A DNA stretch of 64,000 nucleotides from an uncultured delta proteobacterium (lineage in GTDB: Bacteria > Desulfobacterota > RBG-13-43-22), in contig CAWDKY010000015.1 in assembly GCA_963802945.1 (NCBI GenBank), positions 192,001 to 256,000 on the forward strand, in the 5' to 3' direction. Made by a program: the position numbers and the translations under genes. The notes beneath the pieces were generated by a model. The model was not told where the DNA came from. It saw only the letters and a program-made list of their open reading frames with translations, and searched no databases. Below are positions 1 through 10,003 of this stretch, in pieces (the first letter of the stretch is position 1; every line of letters starts with the position of its first letter).

Positions 1-275
1 GTAACCTCCTGTCCATGTTGCTGGATAAATATCCCTTCCTGGTTTATATCGGGGCTGCTGTTCTGGGCTGGGTGGGCGGAGAGATGCTGATCACTGATCC
101 ATTTATCATTAAACTCATCCAACCTTCAAACTTTTTCCAATACAGTGTGGAAATCTTTTTTACCATCGGCGTTTTGGTGGCTGGGAAAATCTATAGAAAA
201 TGGAAAACATCCCGGGAAGAACAATCGCTCGAATCCCCATCCTCTACGGAAACCCTTAATTTATTCGAGGAATAA
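1..275 (+). CDS. TerC/YjbE-family membrane protein, C-terminal part (starts before window)
   Basis: LLDKYPFLVYIGAAVLGWVGGEMLITDP matches the C-terminal helices of YjbE-type TerC proteins. Confidence 0.75.
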   Translation, partial: NLLSMLLDKYPFLVYIGAAVLGWVGGEMLITDPFIIKLIQPSNFFQYSVEIFFTIGVLVAGKIYRKWKTSREEQSLESPSSTETLNLFEE

Positions 276-392
276 ACATTTATGGCCATATTATCTATTT
301 CCAGAGAATATCAAAACGGTTCTCCTGAAACTGCACGGGCAGTTGCTATCAGGCTGAGGGTCGCTGGAAAGAAAATAAGGTAAAGGTTCCAA

Positions 393-1509
393 ATGGGTTC
401 ATCCGTCTATTTTCTGGATTTGAAGGCTACGTTTAGAGAGAATCGGCTGCAACGAATCAGCCGTTTACTGGACCAGGTCCCTTTTTCTAAACCCTTGGTC
501 AAAAAAAATCTGGTGGCTGTTAAGATCCATTTCGGCGAAAAAGGGAACACGGCCTATGTAAAACCCGTTTATGTCCGCCCCATAACCGACAAGATCCGGG
601 ACTGGGGCGGAAAGCCTTTTCTGACCGATGCCAATACCCTTTATATAGGCACCCGCAGTGAAAGCGTTTCCCACCTCCAGACCGCTCTGGAAAACGGTTT
701 TTCTTTCACCACTGTCGGGGCCCCCTTGATAATCGCCGACGGCATCAAAGGGAAATCGGCCGTCCAAGTCCCTATCCATCAAAAACATTTTGAGTCGGTT
801 TCTATTGCCGCCGACATCGTCGATGCTGATGCCCTGGTCAGCGTGGCCCATTTCAAGGGACATGAATTGTCCGGTTTTGGGGGAACCCTCAAAAACTTGG
901 GCGTGGGCTGCGCTTCAAGGGAGGGCAAGCTGAGTCAGCATTCCGATACGGCGCCCAAAGTCACCCGAAAAAAATGCACCACCTGCCTGGAATGCATCAG
1001 CCATTGTGTTCCAAAGGCCATTGACCTTCATGAAAATAAGGCCCGCATTAACCCGGAGAAATGTGTCGGCTGTGGTGAATGCATCCTGGTCTGCCCGCAA
1101 GAGGCCATCCAAATCCGTTGGAATCCATCCACTACAATTTTCCAGCAGAAAATGGTCGAATATGTCTTTGGGGTCTTGAAAGGCAAAGAAGGCCGGGTCA
1201 TCTTTTTGAATTTTTTAACCGACATCTCTCCGGCCTGTGATTGTTATGATCACAGTGACCGACCGATTGTCAGGGATATTGGGATCCTGGCCTCCAACTG
1301 ATCCGGTGGCCATAGATCAGGCCTCAGTGGATCTGGTCAATAACGAGCCGGGCAATAAGGATTCGGCCTTAATAAAAAATTATAAGTCCGGAGAAGATAA
1401 ATTCCGCGGGATCTACCCCAAGGTCAATTGGGAAATTCAGCTTCAATACGCCGAAGAAATCGGACTGGGGAACCGGAAGTATGAATTAGTCATCTTGAAG
1501 GAAACCTGA
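393..1509 (+). CDS. DUF362-domain Fe-S protein with 2x[4Fe-4S] ferredoxin insert; one-base frameshift near 1296
   Basis: VAVKIHFGEKGN and HFKGHELSGFGGTLKNLG motifs, two CxxCxxCxxxCP; removing one A from tccaact joins GILAS to TDPVAIDQASVDLV of ORF 1237..1509. Confidence 0.85.
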
Positions 1510-1639
1510 ATTTAAGCAAATAGTTCCCGTCAAAAAAAATTAAGCTTCTGGCCTTGATCCGGGAAGGGATAGAAACCCAGAGCATCGTTCCCTATTCTAT
1601 TGAAAACGATTTGTCTCTTTGAATATAAGGAAAAAAATC

Positions 1640-3070
1640 GTGGCCGTCCATGAACAGTTAAATGTCTTTCTCAACCCCAAATCAGTGGCCGTCATCGGAG
1701 CGACCGAGCGGCCTGGATCGTGGGGTTCTTTCATTATGCAAGGGCTGCTCTCCGGACCGTTCCCCGGGCGGATCTACCCCGTCAATCCCCAGGCCGAACA
1801 GATCTTCGGGGTGCCGGCCTTCAGGAATGTAAAGGAGATCCCCGATGCGCCGGAATTGGCCGTCTTTACCATTCCCGAACCCACTGTGGAACAAACCATC
1901 AGGGAATGCGGCGAAAAAGGTGTGAAAGGGATCAGTATCATCACGGCCGGTTTTGGCGAGGCCGTGGAGAGCGGCAAGCAAAGGGAAAGGGAACTGGTGC
2001 GACTGGCCCGGTCCTTCGGCATGCGTCTGCTGGGTCCCAATGTGAGCGGCACCTTCAATCTGCACGCCAAGTTCAATGCCTCCGCAGCGCCGGTGGGGTA
2101 TCTTATCAAAAGCCCCATAGCCGGCATTTGCCAGGGCAGTTATGCTATTTACGATCTGCTGGCTCACGGTTTTTCCAAAAGGATGGGTTTGGGCATGTTC
2201 GTCCAAACCGGTAATGAGGCCGATCTGACGATCACCGATTTTCTGGAGTATGTCGGGGCTGATCCCCATGTGCAGGGCGTCATGATGTATATCGAAGGCG
2301 TTAAGGATGGAAGACGGTTTGCCGATGTGGTCCGCAAGGTGGCCAAGACCAAACCGGTCATCGTTTATAAGGCGGGGAAGACGCCGAATGCGGGCCGGGC
2401 CGCTCAAAGCCATACCGGGGCCCTGGCCGGCTCTTACCAGGTTTATGAGGGGGTTTTTGAACAGTCCAACATCATCGACTGTCCCACCATGGAGCTTTTG
2501 CTTCCACTGAGCCACGCCCTGGTGGAACGGCCGGCCATGCACGGAAAACGGGTGGCCATTGTGACCATGGGCGGGTCCTGGGGTGTGGCTTTAACGGATG
2601 CCCTTGAGGCCGAAGGACTGAGCGTGCCGATATTGAGCGACAGGCTGCAATCTAGACTGAGGGAATTGGGTATGCCCGTCCGGGCCTCGGTTCGTAATCC
2701 GGTGGACATCGGAGCCTCCGGACTCTTTCTGGCTGTAGATGCTCTGACGGCCCTGGGCCGGGAAGTCCTGGCCTCCGGTGAGGTGGATGCCCTGATCCTG
2801 CATGGAATGGGTCGGCCGGGTCTGATCGCCGAAAAGGAGGCTGACCCTTTAAGATTTTTCCTGGAGATCAACAAGACCGTCGTGCGTGACTACGCAGAAA
2901 TGGAGAAGACCTTCGGCATTCCAGTAATGATCGGTAGTGTCTATTCCCCCGGTGAGAGCCAGATGGTTTATGACCTGAATCAGGAGGGCATCCGCATCTT
3001 TGACCGCCTGGATGAAACCGCCCAAATATTATCCCGTATGGCCCGCTATTGGGATCGTCGGGGCGCTTAA
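1640..3070 (+). CDS. NDP-forming acyl-CoA synthetase alpha-type (CoA-binding) protein
   Basis: LNPKSVAVIGAT, GPN, GNEADL, phospho-His motif SHTGALAGS, NPVD; no ATP-grasp domain; GTG start assumed (ORF track opens at 1619). Confidence 0.85.
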   Translation: MAVHEQLNVFLNPKSVAVIGATERPGSWGSFIMQGLLSGPFPGRIYPVNPQAEQIFGVPAFRNVKEIPDAPELAVFTIPEPTVEQTIRECGEKGVKGISIITAGFGEAVESGKQRERELVRLARSFGMRLLGPNVSGTFNLHAKFNASAAPVGYLIKSPIAGICQGSYAIYDLLAHGFSKRMGLGMFVQTGNEADLTITDFLEYVGADPHVQGVMMYIEGVKDGRRFADVVRKVAKTKPVIVYKAGKTPNAGRAAQSHTGALAGSYQVYEGVFEQSNIIDCPTMELLLPLSHALVERPAMHGKRVAIVTMGGSWGVALTDALEAEGLSVPILSDRLQSRLRELGMPVRASVRNPVDIGASGLFLAVDALTALGREVLASGEVDALILHGMGRPGLIAEKEADPLRFFLEINKTVVRDYAEMEKTFGIPVMIGSVYSPGESQMVYDLNQEGIRIFDRLDETAQILSRMARYWDRRGA

Positions 3071-3093
3071 ATGGATAAGGAAGTGAAGCAAGG

Positions 3094-4299
3094 ATGAACG
3101 AGCGACGATACGATATCGATTGGCTGAGGGTTATCGCCATGCTGGCCATCTTCGTTTTCCACTCCACCCGCTTTTTCGATCCGGAAGGCTGGCATCTGAA
3201 GAACCCGGAGCAAAGCGTTATTCTGTTTGTGGCGGTGCGCGGCTTGATCTGGCCCTGGGTCATGGAGCTCTTCTTCCTGCTATCAGGAGTGGCTTCCTGG
3301 TACGTGCTAAAATCCAGGCCCGCGGGGGCGTATCTTTGGGAGCGGATCAAGCGGCTTCTCATCCCTCTTTATACGGTGGGTCTCTTTATCCTGCTGCCGC
3401 CTCAGTTCTACTTCGAACTCCTTACCAACGCGGGGTATAGAGGCACCTTCTGGGATATGATTCCGCGCTACTTCGACCGCTTCGGAATACCTCGATTAAC
3501 GCCGTGGCCTGAATCTTTATTGCCCATTCCCTTTTCCGGTCATTTGTGGTTTCTCCAGTATCTCTTTTTGATTTCACTCATCACCTTGCCCTTGCTGTTA
3601 TATCTGAAATCGGACCGGGGACAGCGCTGGATCACGACCTTCGCCGGATGGTGTGAACGCCCGGGCGGTATATTCCTGTTTGTGATACCGCTGGCCCTGG
3701 CGCTCACCGGACTCAGAGGGCTTTTCGCAACCCAGAGAAGCTGGGCTGACTTCCTCTGGTACGCGATCTACTTTGTCATCGGCTATATCATTGCGGCCGA
3801 CCGACGTTTCTCCGAAGCTTTCAAGAAATATGGGGGGATCTGCCTCGCTCTATGGCTCGTAGGCTTCGGTGGAATAGGTCTTCTCAAGTCGGTATTTGGC
3901 TACGGAACAATAGATCACCAGCCCTTTTCGGTGGTGTACGTTCTGTATCAGATTATATGGGGTATTGCCAGTTGGAGTGCGGTCGTTTACATTCTGAGTC
4001 TTGGGGCCAGGTACCTGAACTTTAACCACAAAGTGCTGGCCTACGGCAATGAGGCAGTTCTTCCGTTTTATCTATTCCATCAGACAATAATCCTGGTCGT
4101 CGGTTTCTTCGTCATTCGCTGGAACTTGGGTATTTTTCCCAAACTCCTGATCGTTGCCGTAATTTCCTTCCCCCTAATCCTGGCCTTGTACGAACTGCTG
4201 GTCAGGCGGTTCAACGTCATACGATTCTTCTTTGGCATGAGGTCGAAAAAGAAGCTGCCCACAGCTCTCGAAGCTTCCCCGGACGGGGCAGCCGGTTAG
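3094..4299 (+). CDS. Acyltransferase family 3 membrane protein (OpgC/MdoC-like)
   Basis: RRYDIDWLR, MELFFLLSG, RIKRLLIP, HLWFL, FYLFHQ motifs; multiple TM helices. Confidence 0.85.
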   Translation: MNERRYDIDWLRVIAMLAIFVFHSTRFFDPEGWHLKNPEQSVILFVAVRGLIWPWVMELFFLLSGVASWYVLKSRPAGAYLWERIKRLLIPLYTVGLFILLPPQFYFELLTNAGYRGTFWDMIPRYFDRFGIPRLTPWPESLLPIPFSGHLWFLQYLFLISLITLPLLLYLKSDRGQRWITTFAGWCERPGGIFLFVIPLALALTGLRGLFATQRSWADFLWYAIYFVIGYIIAADRRFSEAFKKYGGICLALWLVGFGGIGLLKSVFGYGTIDHQPFSVVYVLYQIIWGIASWSAVVYILSLGARYLNFNHKVLAYGNEAVLPFYLFHQTIILVVGFFVIRWNLGIFPKLLIVAVISFPLILALYELLVRRFNVIRFFFGMRSKKKLPTALEASPDGAAG

Positions 4300-4315
4300 C
4301 ATAAGCCTTATCAGC

Positions 4316-4648
4316 TCAGGTCAGGTCTTTCTTTTTGATTTCAAATTCCTCTTTATTGATCTCACCCCGAGCATACCGTTTTTTAAGGATCTCCAGGGCC
4401 GAGTCTTCCTGAGGAGGACTGGCCATTCCGGTGGGGCCGACAGAAAGAAGCCGGCGGATTAAAAGGACGATCAATACAACGATTATTACCCAGAAAACCC
4501 ACATACACACCAGACCGAACCAGCCCCAGCCCATCATGCCCGGGCCCCAGCCGCAATAATTTCCATAGCCGGCCAAGGCTTCCTTGGCCACCAGAAAAAA
4601 GGCCATGAAACCGCTCATCAAAGATAATGGCATTCTTGAAAGTTTCAC
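4316..4648 (-). CDS. SHOCT-domain membrane protein
   Basis: GPGMMG segment, TM helix, C-terminal ALEILKKRYARGEINKEEF; GTG start after AGGAG. Confidence 0.85.
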   Translation of the reverse strand: MKLSRMPLSLMSGFMAFFLVAKEALAGYGNYCGWGPGMMGWGWFGLVCMWVFWVIIVVLIVLLIRRLLSVGPTGMASPPQEDSALEILKKRYARGEINKEEFEIKKKDLT

Positions 4649-4935
4649 TATCGTTCTCCTTTTTGTTTTTAACCGTTTAAATTATTTTTTAAAGTTAAAC
4701 ATGCCGTTAAGGGTAGTCAAGGGGACTGCAAGATAAACCTGTCATTTACCAACATACTCCCTCTCCGAAGGCTGAGATGTTTTTATCTTCCGCCCCTCTC
4801 AACGTCAGTAAAAAAAATATGTTCTAAGGAAACTTTGTGAACTCAATTGAAAAAAATGAACAGGCGAAATATAGCCTTTTAATAATCCCGGTAATCAAAA
4901 GAGGTACGAACGGACGGTTTCAAAATTCTTGAGCC

Positions 4936-5259
4936 TTAAAAACGCTCAATTCTTTTGGAACCTATTTTCCTTTTGGAGAACTTCGGTGGTATCAAGGCAA
5001 TCAAAGATCGTAGGGCCTGGTTAACTTTTTCAGAATTAGAAAAATATTCACGGACATCAGGTTCGAGCATAACAGCACCATCTTCCAACGTGAAATACCT
5101 AATATCTGTTGTTCCGTCTTCTTTAAGTATTTTGACGGTATGTCCTTCCCGGTATTGGCGGTAATACTTCCCCCGAGTCCCTTTCTTTCCTGTAAAATCG
5201 TACGCGGGAAGCAAATCTATTTCGCGCTCTTTTTTTAAGTTAGTTTTATTCTTCTTCAT
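4936..5259 (-). CDS. Putative antitoxin of the type found downstream of BrnT-like toxins
   Basis: LLPAYDF..RGKY..VMLEPDVREYF.NSEKVNQALRSLI pattern; ATG overlaps a BrnT-like C-terminus. Confidence 0.6.
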   Translation of the reverse strand: MKKNKTNLKKEREIDLLPAYDFTGKKGTRGKYYRQYREGHTVKILKEDGTTDIRYFTLEDGAVMLEPDVREYFSNSEKVNQALRSLIALIPPKFSKRKIGSKRIERF

Positions 5260-5341
5260 ACCTTCTACGCTCCAATGGGGTGGCCTTACTGATCATAAGA
5301 TAAGATTCCTGATTTTTTATTTCCGTAATAAAGATAATCAA
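5246..5341 (-). pseudogene. BrnT-like toxin C-terminal remnant
   Basis: Minus strand reads ...MISKATPLERRRYEEE*, like the ISARKATxxERxxYE end of BrnT; only ~31 codons. Confidence 0.5.
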
Positions 5342-5355
5342 TCCGCCTCGTTTTA

Positions 5356-5415
5356 TCAATAAATTTTTCGTGAGTAATAAATTTATTGACAAATTAGTTA
5401 GTTATATTCCATAAT
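5356..5415 (+). promoter_or_regulatory. Sigma70-type promoter overlapped by a perfect 11-bp inverted repeat
   Basis: TTGACA(5386)-18 bp-CATAAT(5410); TCAATAAATTT (5356-5366) and AAATTTATTGA (5379-5389). Confidence 0.55.
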
Positions 5416-5672
5416 CCCGAACAATCAATTCTGACAACCCGCTCTCTTATGATCTAAAGGAGATCCATGGCCCAGATCCAAATCTCAAAAAATCCCCCCA
5501 ATAAAACACTTGTTGCTTTTGCATATGCGCCTTTAATCGGATATATTGTATTGGAAAAGTCTAGACTCGAGAGTAAAAATAATTCGTTCTGGTATAATAA
5601 TCTAAACCAACACTGCAGGTTGTGGCGTTAAACGGAACCAATAGAAAAACTTCTTAATCTCGGGGAAATAAT

Positions 5673-6323
5673 ATGCAAAAACTTACGGTCCACCTTCTGA
5701 AAACCGAAGCAAAAGCTTTCGCTGAAAAGGAATCAGGCCACAAAGAGAAATCTCTTTTCGGTGTGACAGACGGCAAAGCCGTTGGGACTTATCTGGAACA
5801 CAAGTTCCAGGAAGCGCTACAGAAAAAATACGAGTACACACGAGGTTCCTCCGCGAAAGGAATAGACTTCCCCAAACTGGATATAGACATAAAGGTGACC
5901 AGTATCCGGCAACCTCAATCCTCCTGCCCTTTTAAATCCGCCCGGCAGAAGATATATGGACTCGGTTATTCTCTCTTGGTTTTCGTTTATGACAAGAAAG
6001 ACGAGCGGAAAACACGCACTGCTACTTTGGATATCAAACATGTCATCTTCATCGAAAGCGATCAAACAGGGGACTTTCAAACAACGACAGGACTCCTTAA
6101 CATATTGGATAATAATGGTAACGCTGATGACCTTGTCGCTTTCATGACGGATCGTTTTTTACCGGTGGACGAGATTCAGGCTGCAGAATTGGCGAAGGAA
6201 ATCCTTAAAACCAAACCCCAAATAGGCTATCTGACTATTTCAAACGCACTTCAGTGGCGGCTTCAGTACGCCCGGGTAATTGAACAGGCAGGAAAAGTCA
6301 CCGGCGTACAACGCATCGTATGA
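5673..6323 (+). CDS. Type II restriction endonuclease, NspV-like
   Basis: GVTDGKAVGTYLEHKF, GIDFP.LDIDIKVTS (PD-(D/E)xK-type), QPQSSCPFKSARQKIYGLGY; ATGA overlap with the MTase. Confidence 0.8.
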   Translation: MQKLTVHLLKTEAKAFAEKESGHKEKSLFGVTDGKAVGTYLEHKFQEALQKKYEYTRGSSAKGIDFPKLDIDIKVTSIRQPQSSCPFKSARQKIYGLGYSLLVFVYDKKDERKTRTATLDIKHVIFIESDQTGDFQTTTGLLNILDNNGNADDLVAFMTDRFLPVDEIQAAELAKEILKTKPQIGYLTISNALQWRLQYARVIEQAGKVTGVQRIV

Positions 6324-7891
6324 CAATTAAAAAGACTAAAATAGAATTCGGAGATTTTCAGACTCCCCCAGATTTAGCTGGCGCTGTTACATTATTCCTC
6401 CGCGATGCGGGTATCTCACCATCCGTTATCGTAGAACCGACATGTGGCCATGGTAGTTTTGCGCTTGCGGCAGGTGATGTTTTTTCAAAACCTTGTCAGA
6501 TATTTGCTTTCGACATTAATGATGCCTATATTTCAGCTTTTCGTAAAAAAATCCATGATGCAAGTGGTGTTTGTTGGCATGTGGCACGGCAGAATTTTTT
6601 CACTTACAATTGGAAGGAGTTCTTCGCTGAGTTTCACGATGAAATTCTTGTACTTGGAAATCCACCTTGGGTTACCAATGCCGCACTTGGGGCCTTAGGC
6701 AGCGGCAACCTTCCCGAGAAATCAAATTTCCAAAATCACATTGGTTTTGCCGCTAAAACAGGGAAGGCCAACTTCGATATTTCAGAATGGATGTTGATTA
6801 AATTACTTGAAGCCCTTAATGGCCGGAATGGCAGTCTAGCCATGCTCTGTAAGACTTCAACTGCAAGGAAAGTGCTCCGGCACAGTTGGCAAAATCGGTT
6901 TAATATCGGTAGGGCAAGCCTTCATTTGATAGATGCGGCGAAGTACTTTGGCGTTTCGGTTGATGCCTGTTTGCTTATTGTTCACACAGGAGTTCCAGAT
7001 CTGTTTTCTACAGCGGGGGTTTATTCGGACCTTTCTTTTGATCATAAAATGACGACATTTGGCCTCGTCGGTAGAGACCTAGTCGCGGATGTGGATGAAT
7101 ATCATCGGCTGCGTGGTCTTGACGGAGTATCCTATTATACTTGGCGTTCCGGTGTGAAACATGATGCGGCTGCCGTCATGGAATTTAATAAGTCCGGCGA
7201 TACGTTAGTCAACGGTTTTGATGAAGAGGTGAAACTTGAACCGACCTACCTCTATCCATTGTTAAAATCTTCCGATCTCGCTAATGACAGGCTAATACCT
7301 CAACGTTTTGTCCTTGTTACTCAACGCAAGCCTGGCGATGATACGAAGTCTATTGCGAGAGCCGCCCCAAAGACGTGGGCTTACCTGCTGCGTCATGCGG
7401 AGGTTCTGGATCGACGTCAGAGTATAATCTATCAGAAACGGCCAAGATTTTCGGTCTTCGGTGTCGGAGACTATACTTTTTCTCCATGGAAAATAGCAAT
7501 CTCTGGCCTCTACAAAAATTGCCGGTTTGTTGTTGTCGGAAAGCATAAGAACAAACCGGTTGTTTTAGACGATACCTGTTACTCCATCCCTTGCGGATCC
7601 GAGGAGGAAGCAAATTTCACTTGCCAACTGCTCAAATCCGATATCTCCAAGCGGTTCTTTCATTCTCTTATATTTTTTGATTCAAAAAGACCGGTTACCA
7701 TCGACGTGCTTAACCGAATTGATTTGAAACGAGTAGCAGAAAGGCTTGGTTTGGAAAGGGAAGCCCGCACATACTTCAGGGATGCTGCTATGTTTGAGAA
7801 CAAGCAAACCCTGCTCGTCTTTGAAAAACAAGCCCAGTATCTAAACAATCGCTCAAGAGGAAAGCGGTTAAAAAGCCGTCGCATCCCTTAG
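6320..7891 (+). CDS. Gamma-class amino DNA methyltransferase (M.NspV-like)
   Basis: FGDFQTP, motif I VEPTCGHGSF, motif IV GNPPW, followed by a target recognition region. Confidence 0.85.
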   Translation: MTIKKTKIEFGDFQTPPDLAGAVTLFLRDAGISPSVIVEPTCGHGSFALAAGDVFSKPCQIFAFDINDAYISAFRKKIHDASGVCWHVARQNFFTYNWKEFFAEFHDEILVLGNPPWVTNAALGALGSGNLPEKSNFQNHIGFAAKTGKANFDISEWMLIKLLEALNGRNGSLAMLCKTSTARKVLRHSWQNRFNIGRASLHLIDAAKYFGVSVDACLLIVHTGVPDLFSTAGVYSDLSFDHKMTTFGLVGRDLVADVDEYHRLRGLDGVSYYTWRSGVKHDAAAVMEFNKSGDTLVNGFDEEVKLEPTYLYPLLKSSDLANDRLIPQRFVLVTQRKPGDDTKSIARAAPKTWAYLLRHAEVLDRRQSIIYQKRPRFSVFGVGDYTFSPWKIAISGLYKNCRFVVVGKHKNKPVVLDDTCYSIPCGSEEEANFTCQLLKSDISKRFFHSLIFFDSKRPVTIDVLNRIDLKRVAERLGLEREARTYFRDAAMFENKQTLLVFEKQAQYLNNRSRGKRLKSRRIP

Positions 7892-7902
7892 CTCATTGAG
7901 AG
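7839..7902 (+). repeat. Degenerate attC-like hairpin at the 3' end of the MTase
   Basis: ATCTAAAC then GCT[C]AAG[A]GGA pairing with TCCCTTAGC, inner GCGGTT/AGCCGT stem; no intact GTTRRRY. Confidence 0.45.
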
Positions 7903-7908
7903 TGGTAT

Positions 7909-8015
7909 GGGTCAAATCTTTTTTCTTTACAATTCATGCCGTTTCTTTGAGAAAAAGAAAATTTTTCTATGAGGAGTGTGAGCCGGCCGAAAGGCAATGA
8001 TAAAGATCAGACTCT
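7909..8015. mobile_element. ~105-bp non-autonomous element (family R1), copy 1
   Basis: 47 nt identical to copy 2 (7913-7959 = 9866-9912); imperfect terminal inverted repeats. Confidence 0.7.
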
Positions 8016-8038
8016 ATTTTTTGGGGGAGGATTTTCTT

Positions 8039-9820
8039 ATGCACAAAAATATTTTTCTTGGCATCTTGGTCATTCTGATTGTTGGACTGGCTGGGATATG
8101 GTTTTATTCCGAACGAGCCCTAAAAAAATCGTCTCCTCCCATAACGGTTGGAACCAACAAGGCCCTGGCCGAGCATAGCAAAATATTCAAAAAGGGTGTC
8201 GAAAAGGTCGGAGACAATATCTTCGCGGCCATCGGTTACGGTATCGCCAATTCCATCATGATCGAGGGTGATGAAGGCGTGATTATTGTGGACACCATGA
8301 CCAACATGGAAGAAGCCGCCGAGGTACTGGCTGAATTCCGGAAGATAACAGCCAAACCGATCAAGGCCATCATCTACACCCATTCCCACCCCGACCATGT
8401 CTTCGGCGCCCAGGTCTTCACAGCCGGCGGCCGGCCCGAGATCTACGCCCACCAAACCACCGAATATTATGTCAACCGGTTGTTCACCGAGATCGGGCCG
8501 ATCATCGGTTCCCGGTCCGCGCGGATGTACGGCAATTTTCTGGCGCCCGGACAGGTGCTCAATGTGGGCATCGGGCCCAAGATGGGGATGAAGCCGGACA
8601 GCAAACTTGGCTTTGTGCGTCCAACCAAAACCTTTTCCGAAACCCTGGAGGCGGAAGCAGCCGGTATTCCCTTCAAACTGATCTTCGCCCCTGGTGAGAC
8701 TGAAGATCAAATTGCGGTCTGGCTGCCCAAACAAAAGGCCTTGATTCCGGCTGATGACTTCTACTGGGCCTTTCCCAATCTCTACACCATTCGCGGGACC
8801 AGCTTCCGCGACTTGAAGCAGTGGTACCAAAGCCTGGATAAGATGCGGGGTTTGAAGCCGGAATACCTGGTGCCCTGTCATACCCGGCCCATCGTCGGCG
8901 CCGACAAGATACAAGAAATCCTAACCAATTACCGGGATGCCATCCAGTATGTCCACGACCAGTCCATCCGGGGCATCAACGCCGGATGGACGCCGGATGA
9001 ATTGGCCGAGCAGATTCAACTTCCTCCGCACCTGGCTGAAGCGCCCTATCTGCAGCCTTTTTACGGCAAAGTATCCTGGTCGGTACGATCCATGTTTGCG
9101 GGTAACCTTGGCTGGTTTGACGGTGATGCGGCAACCCTCCAGCCCCTGTCCCGCAAGGACCAGGCCCGCCTGATGGCCAGGGTGGCCGGAGGAGAGAAAA
9201 ATTTGGTCCGTCAGGCTAAGGAGCTTCTGGAAGAGAAGAACTTCCAGGCGGCCCTGGAGCTCACCAGGCACCTGATTCAATTGAATCCTGAAAATGCCGA
9301 GGTTAAAAACATCAGGATCAAGGCCCTTGTTGCCCTGGGGGAAAAAGAGCAGAATCCCAATGCCCGGCACTATTATCTTACCGAGGCCCTGGAAATCCGG
9401 GACGGTTTTGTCTCCTTATCCCAGGCCAAGCCTTCTCCAGAGGCCGTACATGAGATTCCCCTGCAGAGCTTTTTCGACTCGATGAAGGTGAACCTGGACC
9501 CCAAGGCCAGTGCTAAGGTGAACCAAGTGGTGGGGATGATCTTTCCCGACACCAAGGAAGCCTTCTCCATTCATGTACGTTATGGTGTGGCTGAAATCAG
9601 GCCGCGGTCTCTCCAAGAACTGGAGGGGCTGAACCTGGATCTCAAGATCAGGGCCGATTCCAAGGCCTGGAAGGAGATGCTGGCAAGAACTCGCAATTCG
9701 CTGCTGACCTTGGCCGGGTTTCAATACGAGAAAGGCAACGCCATAGCTTTTGGAAAATTTCTTAAACTATTTGAACAGCCCAAGATGAAACGGCCCTTTG
9801 AGCCGATACCGATTTCTTAA
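8039..9820 (+). CDS. Alkyl sulfatase (SdsA1/BDS1-like MBL-fold hydrolase) with N-terminal membrane anchor
   Basis: THSHPDH, APGETEDQ, FPNLYTIRG, PFYGKVSWSVRS, GWFDG; C-terminal SCP2-like domain; GGAGG RBS. Confidence 0.9.
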   Translation: MHKNIFLGILVILIVGLAGIWFYSERALKKSSPPITVGTNKALAEHSKIFKKGVEKVGDNIFAAIGYGIANSIMIEGDEGVIIVDTMTNMEEAAEVLAEFRKITAKPIKAIIYTHSHPDHVFGAQVFTAGGRPEIYAHQTTEYYVNRLFTEIGPIIGSRSARMYGNFLAPGQVLNVGIGPKMGMKPDSKLGFVRPTKTFSETLEAEAAGIPFKLIFAPGETEDQIAVWLPKQKALIPADDFYWAFPNLYTIRGTSFRDLKQWYQSLDKMRGLKPEYLVPCHTRPIVGADKIQEILTNYRDAIQYVHDQSIRGINAGWTPDELAEQIQLPPHLAEAPYLQPFYGKVSWSVRSMFAGNLGWFDGDAATLQPLSRKDQARLMARVAGGEKNLVRQAKELLEEKNFQAALELTRHLIQLNPENAEVKNIRIKALVALGEKEQNPNARHYYLTEALEIRDGFVSLSQAKPSPEAVHEIPLQSFFDSMKVNLDPKASAKVNQVVGMIFPDTKEAFSIHVRYGVAEIRPRSLQELEGLNLDLKIRADSKAWKEMLARTRNSLLTLAGFQYEKGNAIAFGKFLKLFEQPKMKRPFEPIPIS

Positions 9821-9861
9821 GGCAAAATGCGAGCCGTCAGAAGACATAGGACGACTAAGGT

Positions 9862-9968
9862 GGGGCAAATCTTTTTTCTTTACAATTCATGCCGTTTCTT
9901 TGAGAAAAAGAAGATTCTTTTATGAGGAGTATACGCCAGCCGAAAGGCAAGGAGAACAATCTGATCTC
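9862..9968. mobile_element. Family R1 element, copy 2
   Basis: Near-identical to 7909-8015. Confidence 0.7.
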
Positions 9969-10003
9969 GTTTTTTCCTGAAAATTCAAAGGAGGACTTAT
10001 TCT

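Noticed and set aside
1299-1301. Selenocysteine TGA in the DUF362 gene
   Set aside because: Read-through soon hits TAA; the family sequence continues in another frame.
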